62,941 nucleotides of DNA, filler included, from Octopus bimaculoides (GCF_001194135.2; 8 parts of 7 records of this genome joined end to end with filler, not necessarily neighbours in it), one strand, 5' to 3'. Positions 1 through 13,773 are shown, numbered from the whole stretch's first letter. Translations and numbers: made by a program. Notes: generated by a model not told the origin, from the sequence alone.

Positions 1-11
1 TATATATATAC

Positions 12-73
<62 letters not shown>

Positions 74-90
74 CAATAGAGAGATGGATG

Positions 91-406
91 TTTTACTAGT
101 TTCAGTCATTGGACTGCGACCATGCTGAGGCGCCGTCTTGAAGGGTTTAGTCGAACAAATTGACCCAGTACTTACTATTTAAGCCTGGTACTTATTCTAT
201 CGGTGTCTAATCCCTAAATTATGTTGACGCAAACGAACCAGCCCTGATTTGCAAGTGGTGGGAGTAGAAACAAACAAACACATACACACCCACACACACC
301 CACACACACCCACACACACATATGGCTTTCCAATGGTTTCCGTAAACCAAACTCACACACAAGGTTCGGGTGGCCCGGGGCTAATAACAGAGGACACTTG
401 CTCTCA
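91..406 (-). mobile_element. Diverged composite SINE copy
   Basis: Reverse-complement tail (91-270), (CA)n, partial head (321-406). Confidence 0.75.
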
Positions 407-1261
407 AAGAAAAGATACTTATCCATAGATATATAAACAGCTGTCACGCGTCAACGAGTATATTTTGCTCTTAGTGTGCGGCATGTTTCTTGACTCTCAT
501 AGGCTTGATCTAACGAAGCAACAAGGAGGTAGCAGCTGCAAAGTGAGGGATCACTAGTGCACCGGGATTGTATTTCGTTTATTAACCCTGAAAGAGTGTA
601 AAGTAAATTTTACATCGGCGTCATTTGAGCTCACGGCCCAAAGACCGAGAGAAAATAGCAGAATGTACTGTCTCTGACACACCAACAAATCAACCTGTAT
701 GCGAGTGCGCGTGTTAAAAACTGCATGCCAAGGGAATTTGTTCTAGGAGCAATTGCTTATCTCCAGTTTCATGTTAGTAAGCGTTGCTAACATTCTAGAT
801 TATTTTCATAATAATGGGTTTGCAAATATCGCATTTCTGTGTAAAACACATTGCAATCGATAATAGTTTTAATTGGATCAGCAGGTGATATATATATATA
901 AACCATTATTATACGCCCTAGAAAGGGGCTAAGTGTTAGTCAAATGTTATACAGTCAACTAAATGTGTCAAGTTATTGATTTGTTTTGGTGGCCATGTAT
1001 ATAAAGAACGTCTTTTTTTTTTTTTTCTCATATCAAAAATTTATTGCTGATTGAAAATGATTCACATTTAAAATCTTTCTCTATTTTCCTTTTTGCAACT
1101 TGTAGAGTTTACTTGAACAATGTGACAATTTGCTAGATAAAATTTATAATTGCTAAAGAAAAGAAAGAAAATTACATAAATAGTGAAATCGGTAAAATAA
1201 TGGGGGGAGGTAATCTTTAAAGTAAATTCGAAATACTCCAAAATCGAATAAATAAAATAGT

Positions 1262-1461
1262 ATAGGTGCAGGAGTGGGTGTGTGGTAAAAAGCTTGCTTC
1301 CTAACTACATGGTTCCAGGTTCAGTCCCTCTTTGTGAAACCCTGGGCAAGTGTCTTCTACTAAAGCCTCGGGTCGACCAAAGCCTTGAGAATGGATTTGG
1401 TAGGCGGAAACTGAAAGAAGCTCGTCGTGTATATATATGTATATGTTTGTATGTATATGTT

Positions 1462-1544
<83 letters not shown>

Positions 1545-1820
1545 TGTATATATATATGTATGTATATATTTATGTGTGTATGTTTTTGTGTCTGTGTTTA
1601 TCCCTCCACCTCACCATCACTTGACTACTGATGTTGGTGTGTTTACGTCCCCGTAACTTAGCGGTTTTGAAAATGTGGCCGACAGAATAAATACTAGTCT
1701 TGCAGACAATAGGTCCTGAGTTCAATTTCCTCGACTAAAAAGCCTTTAAAGGCGGTGCTCCAGCTTGGTCGCAGTCAAATGACTGAAACAAGTAAAAGAA
1801 TAAAAGAATAAAAGAATAAA
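1262..1820 (+). mobile_element. Composite SINE copy with expanded internal (TA)n
   Basis: Same head and tail as 48790-49206, separated by a long (TA)n. Confidence 0.88.
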
Positions 1821-2460
1821 TTCAAATCTAAATTCAGTTATATGTTGTATAGCAGCAACACGTTGATCTGTGTTTTGTTTGACAGAGAAACAGATGTACA
1901 AGTTTCTTTTGTGAATGCTTGCATTGAATAAAGAAATTGTAGCTGGATCGTTTATTGATCAACAAATTACGAAATTAGGATTCTAAATATGTTTATATGT
2001 GTATGTCTGTACACATAAATATACATTTCAAAGCATCAAAATATATTTGTGTATGTGTATGTGTGTATGTGTGTGTATACATGTATTCACGCACAGACAC
2101 TTATACATACATAATACATACATACATACATACATGCATACATGTATGCATATATGTCATGTTTGCTGACGAGTTGGGGTTTGATATTTACTGTCCATGG
2201 AGTTCTTTTTCACCCAATACTTACGCTATCAATTAAACTGGACAGCAAAAATACATTTTTATCTGGTGCCTTGAATATTTCAACGAATTCTTAAGTGACT
2301 TTTACCTGCTAAATTAAAAAAAATAACTTCAGCTTTTCTCTATTAGGTCTAGTTTTCTGACTAAACCTGATAGAATAAGTGTTTTATTCAGACAAGAGGC
2401 ATATAATATGAATCAATAAAGAAAGCGTAACACAAAACAAAGCGAAGTACAAATAAAAAT

Positions 2461-3720
2461 TCAGAATTGAAAGTGCACATTGGTTAAGATTTTTTGCAGA
2501 AAATTCAAGGAATAAATTTGCGCTTCTTTGTGCACCGTGAATGTTGTGCAACAGGCGTATCTCGTTTTAAACACAAGCAATAGTCTGCTATCATCACAGC
2601 GTCCCAACGTCCTTGGTACCGAATTTCCATCTCTGATGGAATCGCTCGCTTTGTTCATCGCTAACATCTCCGAGATTTTCAGGAAAAAAATCAAGATGAC
2701 TAAAAAGATAATGCATTTTGATGCTCTTTTTCGCGCCAATATCACGAAAAGTTGATATCAAGTTGGTAACAAGATCTTTATAGTTTTCACTTATGTGTTT
2801 CCCAAGGAAATTTAGTACTACTTCTGCAAAGGCTAGCCAAGCCGATGCTTCATTATCGCCCATTTCTTTCACAAAATTTGTGTCCTCCAAGAACTTACGG
2901 ATCTGTAGTATATAAAAAAAACCCTGCTTTAAGTCTTTCGATCGTCAAGCCTGGAAATACACTGCAGATATACTTGAAGCACTCCCCATTATTGTCAAGA
3001 GCTTTGACGAATTACTTGAGCAATCCGAGTTTGATGTAGAAAGGGGGGAAAATGATCTTATCTCACTCAACTAAAGGTTCTTCCAATATATTGGAAGCTC
3101 TGCATGGAGCCATATTTGTTCGAGGCGGTCAGTCTTTCTTAACGTAGTAGTTTCCTAGGTCTCTACTGTCTCACATGCAAAGAAAGCATGGTTATTTGGT
3201 ATAACCAGATTGCCGTCCCATGAGAAAATTCACCGTCCTTAAGTTAACGCCGATGACCCATTTGTGGTCATGATACAGTATCGTCCCTAAATCCAACTTA
3301 ATTTCTTCATATTTTTCCTTCAGAGTTGTTCAGTGGTCGAGTGGGACAGAGCCATATACATTTCCGTTGTGCAACAATACACATTTTAAACTGCGCTTAG
3401 AGCTGTCTATGATAAGACGCCATTCCTCTGATTTGTAGTCTTCAATGTTAAGTTTATTAAGAAACTCACTGACATCTCTTTGTCTAGCCCTAAGGCCATA
3501 TTCCGTTTGTTTATTTATTTTGATTTTCTCCCTCGTCCGTCCACTAACGGTCTCGTCTGGAATTATGTTCATTCATTTTCGTATGTTCATTTCCTTATTG
3601 CTTGTTTATCCATTTATTGTTTGTCTGTTCCCATTCAGTTATGTTTCTGCCCCATTTCACGACAGTTCTTGCCGGTCGCCACCAGAAGAGAAGTAATATT
3701 ATCGTTTAAGTCACGAAATT
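2461..3720 (-). mobile_element. Decayed DNA transposase, Chapaev3/CMC-like
   Basis: Fragments EWRLIIDSSKRSLKCVLLHNGNVYGSVPL, GYTKxPCFLC, FPPFYIKLGL, WLAFAEVVLNFLG, KMHYLFSHLDFFPENLGDVSDEQSERFHQ, with stops and frameshifts. The family assignment is from recalled motifs. Confidence 0.7.
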
Positions 3721-4598
3721 GAGTTTGACCCTCTGGCCGATAACTAATGGGGAGTTGGGGACCTTCTGCGTGTATTTTCTGTTTGTCTGTGCATTTAGTG
3801 TATGTTTTTAATTTGCCATTCTGTGTCTGTTTTCCGTTCGTTTGTGCATTTACTGTACATTTGAAAATTAGTTATGAAACACGTGTAATCTTTTTATTAT
3901 ATTTATCTTATGATATTTACTTTACTTTATATTATACTCATTTATTGTGCTTTTAATTATTAATTTTTCTATATGTGATAGTGGATTTTCATCGATGAGT
4001 TCTTGAAAATTGGTTATTTTCCCTAAAACTATATATTTTATATATACTATATCTATAAGGCTCAATTTAATTTTAATTTTTTATAAATTGATTTTAATTG
4101 AGTTTTTTACCTGTAATTTTGGATTTTGTCCCTAATATTATTATATATATATNNNNNNNNNNNNNNNNNNNNNNNNNNNNNNNNNNNNNNNNNNNNNNNN
4201 NNNNNNNNNNNNNNNNNNNNNNNNNNNNNNNNNNNNNNNNNNNNNNNNNNNNNNNNNNNNNNNNNNNNNNNNNNNNNNNNNNNNNNNNNNNNNNNNNNNN
4301 NNNNNNNNNNNNNNNNNNNNNNNNNNNNNNNNNNNNNNNNNNNNNNNNNNNNNNNNNNNNNNNNNNNNNNNNNNNNNNNNNNNNNNNNNNNNNNNNNNNN
4401 NNNNNNNNNNNNNNNNNNNNNNNNNNNNNNNNNNNNNNNNNNNNNNNNNNNNNNNNNNNNNNNNNNNNNNNNNNNNNNNNNNNNNNNNNNNNNNNNNNNN
4501 NNNNNNNNNNNNNNNNNNNNNNNNNNNNNNNNNNNNNNNNNNNNNNNNNNNNNNNNNNNNNNNNNNNNNNNNNNNNNNNNNNNNNNNNNNNNNNNNNN

Positions 4599-4643
<45 letters not shown>

Positions 4644-4680
4644 TGTGTGTGTGAGTGTGTGTGTGTGTGTATTTATGTGT

Positions 4681-6090
4681 GTGTCGTTGTGTCTTGCGCC
4701 CCCGCCATAGCTTGACAACTGATGCTAGTGTATTTACGTATCCGTAACTAACGGTTTGACAAAAGAGACCGATAGAATAAGTACTAGGCTTACATAAAAT
4801 AAGTCCAGGGGTCGATTTCTTTGATTTCTTCGACTAAAGACACTTTAAGGCGGTGCTCCAGCGTGGCCGCAGTCAAATCGTTGCAACAAACGAAAGACTA
4901 AAAAAATATATCCATGTGCGTGTGTGTATTTATGTGTGTGTGCGTGTGTTCGTTTGCCCTACTCCAACACTTGACAACCGATGTTGGTGTATTTACGGCT
5001 CGCTAACTTGGTAGTTCGGCATAAGAGAGCGATATAATTAAGTATTAAGCTTACAATGAATAAGTCCTGGGGTCGGTTACTTCGACTAAAACGTCTTTAA
5101 ACCGGTGTTCCAGCATGGCCGCAGTCAAATGATTGAAACAAAAGAATAAAAGAATGTGTATGTATGTATGTGTGTGTGCGCGCGCGCGTCTATTTGTGTA
5201 CCCACGAATTTATCAGCTGATATTATCATATAAAAGAACCCACAAAGAAATGCTTTTTATCTGCTGTGACTCATTACTTGTTTGAAATTTCTGGCTCATA
5301 GTGTATCTAATACCAAATTAATCAATACTAAATAACAGCTGTGGATGAATGAGCGGCGTTATTGCAACACTTAAGCAGCCGGTGACAAAATAGAAACAAA
5401 CATATGCAATATGTACTGAATATAGGGCGGTGAACTGACAGAAACGTTAGCGGTCTGCCTTTACGTTATGAGTTCAAATTCCACCGAGGTCGACTTTACC
5501 TTTCATCCTTTCGGGGTTGATAAATTAAGTACCAGTTGCGCACTGTGGGGTCGATCTAATCGACTTCCCTCCTCCCACCAAATTTTAGGCCTTCTGCCTA
5601 GAGTAGAAAAGAGTATTTCGTCTGTCTTTATGTACTCAGTTCAAATTCCGCCGAGGTCGACTTTACCTTTCATCCTTTCGGGGTTGATAAATTAAGTACC
5701 AGTTGCGCACTGGGGTCGATCTAATCGACTTCCCTCCTCCCACCAAATTTTAGGCCTTCTGCCTAGAGTAGAAAANNNNNNNNNNNNNNNNNNNNNNNNN
5801 NNNNNNNNNNNNNNNNNNNTTAATTAATTAANNNNNNNNNNNNNNNNNNNNNNNNNNNNNNNNNNNNNNNNNNNNATGTTTGTGTGCCAGTGTTCGTCTC
5901 CCAACGTCGCTTGACAACATATGTTGATGTGTTTACGTCCCCGGAAATTAGCGGTTCGGCCAAAGAGACCGATACAATAAGGACTAGGCTTGCAAAGAAT
6001 AAGTCCTGGGGTCGATTTGCTAAACTAAAGGCGGTGCTCCAGCATGACGGCAGTCAAATGACTGAAAAAAATAAAAGAATAATAAAAGAA
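4681..6090 (+). mobile_element. Three direct-oriented composite-SINE tails (4681-4895, 4940-5155, 5877-6090)
   Basis: Repeated CTTGACAAC..GATAGAATAAGTACTAGGCTTAC..GGTGCTCCAGC..GCAGTCAAAT. Confidence 0.85.
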
Positions 6091-7899
6091 TATATATACC
6101 TTTTTAAGAAGAAAATGAAGAAAACCATGTGAATGTGTGTGTGCGTGTGTTTTTGCGCATGCGTGTGCGCAGATGTATATGAAGTACAAGCAAGTACTGA
6201 AGAAAAGGACGACTCAGCAACAACAGTCAGTGAAACCTTATTTTTTAGCGTATATTGTACTTTGAATAAATATTATTCTAATCTTCATTTGCTTATTTAA
6301 AAAGGCTTACCCAATTACCTATACGTTTCGGTGATAAACTAATATACTTGGTTTACTCTGAACGCTGATATAAACTGGTGAACTAGGATGTTCGCATCCC
6401 TTAAGGGACTTTTGGTCCTTGATAATTAAATGAAATTATAAATATATATATCACGGCACTCCGTCGGTTGCCACGACTAGGGGTTCAGTTGATCCGGTCA
6501 ACAGAACAGCCTACTCGTGAAATTAACGTGCAATTAACGGTTTGCAACTATTTACTCAACATGCAGGAATTGAACACTTATTTTGTATATCTTAAACTAG
6601 CTCTGATGAGATTCGACTTTCAAATAATTTTTAAGTTTTATTACTTAATTTTCTGAAGGTCTTGAAATGAAACAGCTGTAAGGGTTATTTGTCAATTCTT
6701 TATTCAATGTATAATAATTTATTAATTATCTCTCTATTTCGTTATCTTATATGTGTTGGTGGCTATTCAAGTATATTTCGATAGTTAGAACTATGTGTGT
6801 TTGGGAGTGTTCAGAAAAGTATTGTCTTCTAAATTACGAAATTACGATACTGGAATCAAGATTGTCAATTTCACTTTCTCACTAGGTTCGTTTACTTCAA
6901 GTTCTTGGAGATATCGACGGTTGTATGCATGCATGTATGTATGTATGTATGTATGTATGCATGTATGTATGTGCGTGTATACATGTGTTTGTGTGTGCGT
7001 GCGTGTGTGCGCGTGCGTGTATGTGTGTGTGTGTGCGTGTGTGTTGTGTATAACTATGTATATCTGTATATATTGGTATACGCATACATGCACACATAAG
7101 TGTTTGTGACATGCTTATACTGTGCCGGAATCGCCTTCGAAAATAAATGACTTGGAGCTTTATATGCGCACATGGAAAAAGTTCTACAAATTAATGTATA
7201 TGAAAGCTTGAGATAGAAACAGTGATATTGACATATACAGTTAGATATTGTTGGAGATAAGCTGATGACAGGAGAATAATTAGGTTATAGAAAGAAATGG
7301 AAAGCATATTTGTAATGTGTGAATGGAAAGCCAGCTAGAAAGCTGAATATTCTCTGCGCGCGTGTATGCATATATACATATATATATGCGCACATACATA
7401 TGTACATGTATATATATTTATACATGCATGCACACTCGTACAACTATATATGTGCATGTACAAATAAATATTTGTAAGGACATGTGTACATATATATATA
7501 TATATATANNNNNNNNNNNNNNNNNNNNNNNNNNNNNNNNNNNNNNNNNNNNNNNNNNNNNNNNNNNNNNNNNNNNNNNNNNNNNNNNNATATACATATA
7601 CATATACACACAATGCAAATATACAAATATGTGTATGAGTACATATCATATACTACATATATATAGCACATGTGTGTCTTTGTGTGTGTTGTGTGAGTGT
7701 GTTTGAGTGTATATGTATGCACATTTAATTGCATTTATAATTTTACTTACTGTCAATAAAACACTTTCAAAACATCATCTTAAAAAGAGAATCCTTGTTT
7801 CTATGGAAACTAAATCCTGACTTTTGTCTGTTTACTTTGTGGCGTTGCTTAGTCTGGCAGATAGACAATCATTTCTCCATCGTATTGTAAGAGGCGGTG

Positions 7900-8730
7900 A
7901 AATAGTGGTGATGGTGGTGGTAGTGGTGGTGGTGGCTACGGCAGCAGCGGCGGCGGCGTGAAGTGTCGGTGAAGGTGGAGGTTTAAAGTTGTTTGTGTTT
8001 CTGGTGGTCGTCGTGGCAGTGGTGCGTAAAAGGAGCTGAAACTGGAAGGATGGGGTTAGTCTTCATCGTGGTGATGGCGGTAAAGGTGGTAATTGTTCTG
8101 GTGAGGGTAGCTGTGTTATAGTGCAGGTAAGTGTGGTAGCAGTAGTAGTGGTGGTGGTGGTGGCGGTGGTCGTCGTCATCGTCATCGTCGTCATGCTGGT
8201 ATTTCGTATTGTGGTAGTGAGGTTTATGATGGAGGCGGTGATATTGAAGGTTGTATTGTGATAGTGCGCGTCGTATTGGTTGTGGTGTCAGCGACGGTCG
8301 TAGTGTTTGGCGAGGTGGCTGAGGTGATGATGTCGTACTGGTAGTATTAGAGGTGGTGTCAGTGCTAGTGTTATATGATGGTGGTGACCCAAGTTGAGGT
8401 AACGCTGTTGTTACTGCTCCTGCTGCTGGCGGCAAGGAGGAAGATGTCGATGATGACCACGACGATAAAGATCACAGCGACGACTAACACCACCACGATA
8501 ACGACGATGACTGTCCGTAATAATAATTTTACTGGCGATGGCAAGGGATGATGTTGGCAATGGTGGTGATGCAAATGGCTATGATGGCGGTGGCGATAGT
8601 AGTGGTGATGGGGTGATCATGGTGGTAGTAGTGCTAGTGTTAGAGATGCTTATGCTGATGTTAATGCTAATGGTCGCAAAGAAAAGATGGTGGAGTTGAA
8701 AGCGCTGACGGTGGTAGCTGCTTTGTTGAT
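7900..8730. repeat. Degenerate triplet low-complexity tract (GGT/GAT/AGT/CGT)
   Basis: Strongly G/T-biased triplet periodicity. Confidence 0.85.
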
Positions 8731-9273
8731 GTTTCCAGACTACGATGCTGGTATATCCGTTATCTTGATGTCAATGATTTATCACTAAGTTTTACGATGG
8801 CAGAAAGCCATTTTGTAGAGAAAAGGATCGACTCAGGGATATATGTTTCTTTGATTTCTTTTAACTTGTATGTTAAGTTCTTCAGACTTTTCTGATAGAG
8901 CTTATCTTGACAAGTCAAACAGATAAATGTATTGACAAACCCCTCCATTGCAGAGCGAACAAATCATTGCAACTTTGCTTATGTATAATCATATATTCAG
9001 AGCATTTTATCACAACTAATGTATTTATTTACAAAACTAGTCAACTAAAGGACTTCTATATAAGTAGTGACGAATTTAGCTAGAAATGATAACAAATTTC
9101 ACCTCAACCCACAAGGTATTGCCTTGAGAAAAAGAAAACATTCATTGAATGATGCAGTCTGGTGTAGATTGTATTTATAAAAATGTTGGGATAGTCATAG
9201 CTGGAATGCACTTGTTCCAAGACCTAATCGATCAGTGCCTACCTCGGACCGTATTCACACCGCCCCAACACCA

Positions 9274-9308
<35 letters not shown>

Positions 9309-10729
9309 NNNNNNNNNNNNNNNNNNNNNNNNNNNNNNNNNNNNNNNNNNNNTTAATTAATTAANNNNNNNNNNNNNNNNNNNNNNNNNNNNNNNNNNNN
9401 NNNNNNNNGTGTGTGTGTGTATGTGTGTGTGTGTGTGTGTGTGTATGTGTGTGTGTGTGTGTGTGTGCGTGTGTTTGTGTAAGGGTATCAAATTAACACG
9501 TATTTAGAGACGGGTATTTGAAACTAAACGCTGTGTTCCATGTGGCGTTGATACGAGTGCGAAGTATTGGGTCAAATACAGTCAATATAGTGTCTATAAG
9601 GCACTGCATTGCTATAATATCCCCAGCATTTCAGTCACTTAAAGCAGACTTTTCATCAAATGTTGCATCGCGGTACACGTCACCTTTTGGACACTTCATA
9701 GATAGAACTGGAACATCAACGTAATGGATATTTTTTCTCTCTCAATTCTCTGTCTCTTTGCCAGTTTATCTGTTTATCTAAGTCTCTCTGTGTCTCTCTG
9801 TGTCTCTCTCCGTCTTTCTCTCTCTGTCTCTGTCTCTCTCTTGTCCTCTTCAAAAAGGATATTTTACTCGAAAAATCACTAGTTAAATGATTTTACTGTC
9901 ACATTTCAGTATTTTTGTTATTGATATTATTGATGTCATTGCCGCAGATACAAATCCATAGCAATGACAGAATATTGGAAGAACAATACTTAGACATCAA
10001 TAAAGTGAATAGCAAAAATATTGAAATGTAACAACAGCAAAATGTATTTATGTATGTATGTATTTGTGCAGGCGTATGTGTATAAATAAGTGTATGCATG
10101 AATATATGTGTATATGTGTGCGTGTGCATGTATGTGAGTGTCTGTGTGTGTTTATGTATGAATTGATAAATATCTAACAAATACATCGTTTTTAAGTCCA
10201 GTAAACATCCGTCTATGCAACAGAAAACAAACGTTCTCGATGCAATATACAAATAAATATATATTTACATAAATTTGGAATGTGATATGTAGAATTTATT
10301 GTACAAAAAAAAAAAAATCTGATAAAATCGCAAATATACTACGAAAATAGATATTAAAACAAATATATAAATTCGACATTTAAATCTTGTGTCATATATA
10401 TATATATATANNNNNNNNNNNNNNNNNNNNNNNNNNNNNNNNNNNNNNNNNNNNNNNNNNNNNNNNNNNNNNNNNNNNNNNNNNNNNNNNNNNNNNNNNN
10501 NNNNNNNNNNNNNNNNNNNNNNNNNNNNNNNNNNNNNNNNNNNNNNNNNNNNNNNNNNNNNNNNNNNNNNNNNNNNNNNNNNNNNNNNNNNNNNNNNNNN
10601 NNNNNNNNNNNNNNNNNNNNNNNNNNNNNNNNNNNNNNNNNNNNNNNNNNNNNNNNNNNNNNNNNNNNNNNTATGTATATATATACATACATATATACAT
10701 ACATATGTATATATATATATATATATATG

Positions 10730-10787
<58 letters not shown>

Positions 10788-11039
10788 AATATATGTATTT
10801 TTATATATGTATACATGTATGTCTTTATAGATGTATATATGCACAATCACATCTATTTATGTTTGTACGCACGAACATACGCTCAGGCATTCATAGATTA
10901 CATAGTTATAGTTATGTATGCGACTATACATAAATGTATAAATGAGCGTTTGTTTTACACACACACACATATATACAAAACTCAACTATAAATATGCATA
11001 TATGTGTGCGCAGTATGATTTATACAAATGTGTTTTCTT

Positions 11040-11117
<78 letters not shown>

Positions 11118-11784
11118 TACATACTCGTGTTTTTCCCTGTTTTTGCATGTGTGTGAAGCCAACGAACATGAATTTAAACAAGGAAATATTTGGTTTTTAT
11201 TTATTACCGATGGTGATTTAATAATGGCCATAAAATAGCATCATTGCATCTTCTCAGACAAGTTTCACCCGCTACGTATATCTGAAAAACCAAGCAACAA
11301 AAATACCCCAAATAAAGCATATGTACGCTCATAAACATTAATTCAGTACGAACTTGCAAAGATCTCCAGTAATTGCAGAGCATAATCTGATTCTATATAT
11401 TGGCTAATATAGTAGGGATAGTTGACGGAATCGCTTCCAGTTCTGTGGTATTTAAATTCGGGGTATAGTCATGGCTTTGTGGTTAAGAAGCCCATTTTAC
11501 AACAACATGGTTTCGAGTTCAGTTCTTCTGCAAGACATTTTGGGCAAATGTCTTTCAGTATAGCTCCGGGACGAACAATGCCTTGTGAATGAATTTGGCT
11601 GAAGGAAATTCTGTGGAATCTCGTCGTATATATATATATATATNNNNNNNNNNNNNNNNNNNNNNNNNNNNNNNNNNNNNNNNNNNNNNNNNNNNNNNNN
11701 NNNNNNNNNNNNNNNNNNNNNNNNNNNNNNNNNNNNNNNNNNNNNNNNNNNNNNNAATTCAATGTAATTTATCAAAATTAAATT

Positions 11785-11993
11785 AAATATATAATTTAGA
11801 GAAAAAAACCACAGTTATGTAATTCATGCATGAAAATTCACAATCACATATAGAAAAATTTTATAAATACACTTTTTTGATTTTTATTACAGGTCTTTTT
11901 AGTGTTTCTACTTATTAATTTTTTCTATATGTGATTGTGGATTTTCATGGATGAATTCAATAATTGTGTTTTTTTTCTCTAAATTGTATATTT
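11785..11993. repeat. AT-rich inverted repeat, arms about 76 bp, spacer about 56 bp
   Basis: 11785-11860 is the reverse complement of 11917-11993 with a few mismatches; the arm is also similar to 3958-4045. Confidence 0.8.
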
Positions 11994-12029
11994 ATATACA
12001 CATATGTATATGCATGTATGTATTTATAT

Positions 12030-12880
12030 ATGTATGCGATGTGGTATCAAAAGATTTCCGGACTAGTTCTGTATCGCACCAACGGATGGTAGCACACGGT
12101 TATGTGCGCAGTGAGAGCTAGCAGTGAGCTTCATGCGGTAGTATGCCGTGCGATATCGTTGTGTTTACTTCGCAAGTTGTGAAATTCATGTTTTTGTGAT
12201 CACGTATATGCTGTAGTCTGCAATTTTGTCATGGACAGGAACAAAGAGCCAACGTGAAATGTTTGCGTTAAACTTGGGAAGTCTGCTACAGAGACATTGG
12301 GCATGCTTCGGTAAGCTTAAAGCTATAAGACAATGGGTTGGGTCGTACGCAATATTTTGAGTGGCACGGGCGCTTCAAAAGACACGAAAAATCCGCAGCT
12401 CAATCAAGATCATCGTTTTTTTTACAACATCCGTGGTATTGTGCATCGAGAATTCGTCACCCAGTGCCAGACTATCAATCGAGAGTTCTCTTGCAATGAT
12501 TTGAGGCAACTGAGGGAGAACATTCGGTGAAAGCAACCGGAACTGTGGAGAGCGAAGAATTGGATTCTTCACGACCACAATGCACCCTGTCATCGAGCTC
12601 TCCTCACTCCTGAGTTTCTCGCCATATACAACATGGTGTCGCTCCACACCAGCTCTATTCGCCAGATTTAGCACCTCCGAGCTTCCGTCTCTTCCCCAAG
12701 ATGGAAATGCAACTCAAAGGTAACCGTTTTAACACCGTTGTCGAGACCAAGAGCTAATCGCAGAAGTTCCTCGATTCGCTTACGGGAAATGACTCCTATG
12801 CAAGATAACTATTTCGAAGGAGATGATGTAAAAACTTAGGGAAATAAGTTGTTCTTTTTTTTTTTTACCAAACATAACTA
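12030..12880 (+). mobile_element. Internally deleted, decayed mariner (Tc1/mariner) element
   Basis: TIR-like start (..GATGTGGTATCAAAAGATTTCCGGACT), EQRANVK..LGKSATET, RGIVHREFV, WILHDHNAPCH and YSPDLAP motifs; 3' TIR not seen. Confidence 0.8.
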
Positions 12881-12899
12881 ACCTGGGAAAATTATATTA

Positions 12900-13720
12900 T
12901 ATTGTACCGCCGCACAACAACAAGAGCAACAGCAACAACCACCACCACAACCAAAACACTCTGAGAATACCACCATCAACACAGAAGACGACAGAGGAAG
13001 CATACAAAGCAAATCCATCAACAATCGAAAATAATACAACACCTGAGAAAATACCACCAATAACAACAGCAAGAACTCAAGAAACAGAAAAAAAATACAA
13101 AAACTGATTCCCCATTCCCTATACCATATATACCACACACAAACAGTCAACAACCAGCATCAACGAAAAAAACAACACAACCACTTACACAAACACACAT
13201 AGAAGCTTACAAAATACCTCTACCCGCTTCCGATTCCTCAGAAATTTCGTCTGAAGACGAAAGTAGTGAGGAATGGCAAATAACCAGAATAGGAAGGCGG
13301 GAGAGGAGCAACAAAAGAACCAAATCAAACGCAAACGCAAACAAAGCAGGGAGATTCACAACTCCCGAAAACTTTTCGAACACCAACACTAGCACACACA
13401 GCACCAACACCAAGAAAAACACCTCAAAAACAAACACACACACAATGCTCACTGCCATCAACACAGAAAATACAGAGTTGATGGATTACATCAACACAAA
13501 AATAAACTTAACATACGAAGACATAAAAACATACAACCACCCATACACAACACCACCAGAACACATCAAAATATTGCACATCACACCAACCCTGTAACAC
13601 ACACTAAAATCTATCAACGCCGATGCGGTTGGAAGATGCCAGAAGTACTCTTCCTAAAAACTTTATAGTGATCTTCTCGAAGAAAAACCAAAGGAGGAGA
13701 CACAAAAACTTTCGAACGGT
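12900..13720 (+). mobile_element. Tx1/L1-type LINE, ORF1 C-terminal low-complexity region
   Basis: A/C-rich region encoding Thr/Gln/Ser-rich peptide (ASDSSEISSEDESSEEWQITRIGRRERSNKR), directly upstream of ORF2. Confidence 0.5.
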
Positions 13721-13773
13721 AAGTGACTCTCTGTTCCTATCGTTAGTGTTTGAACACACACATCATTAGGATT

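Noticed and set aside
3735-3892. GAAAC-ACGT-GTA palindrome with a distant CTAATGG
   Set aside because: The core is mutated and helix I is out of register; at most a dead remnant
7983-8435. 150-aa Thr/His-rich ORF
   Set aside because: By-product of degenerate triplet repeats
8735-8948. Short ORFs on both strands, including YLDVNDLSLSF (vaguely cadherin DxNDxxPxF-like)
   Set aside because: Lacks the conserved Pro and other cadherin motifs; no convincing donor; likely chance
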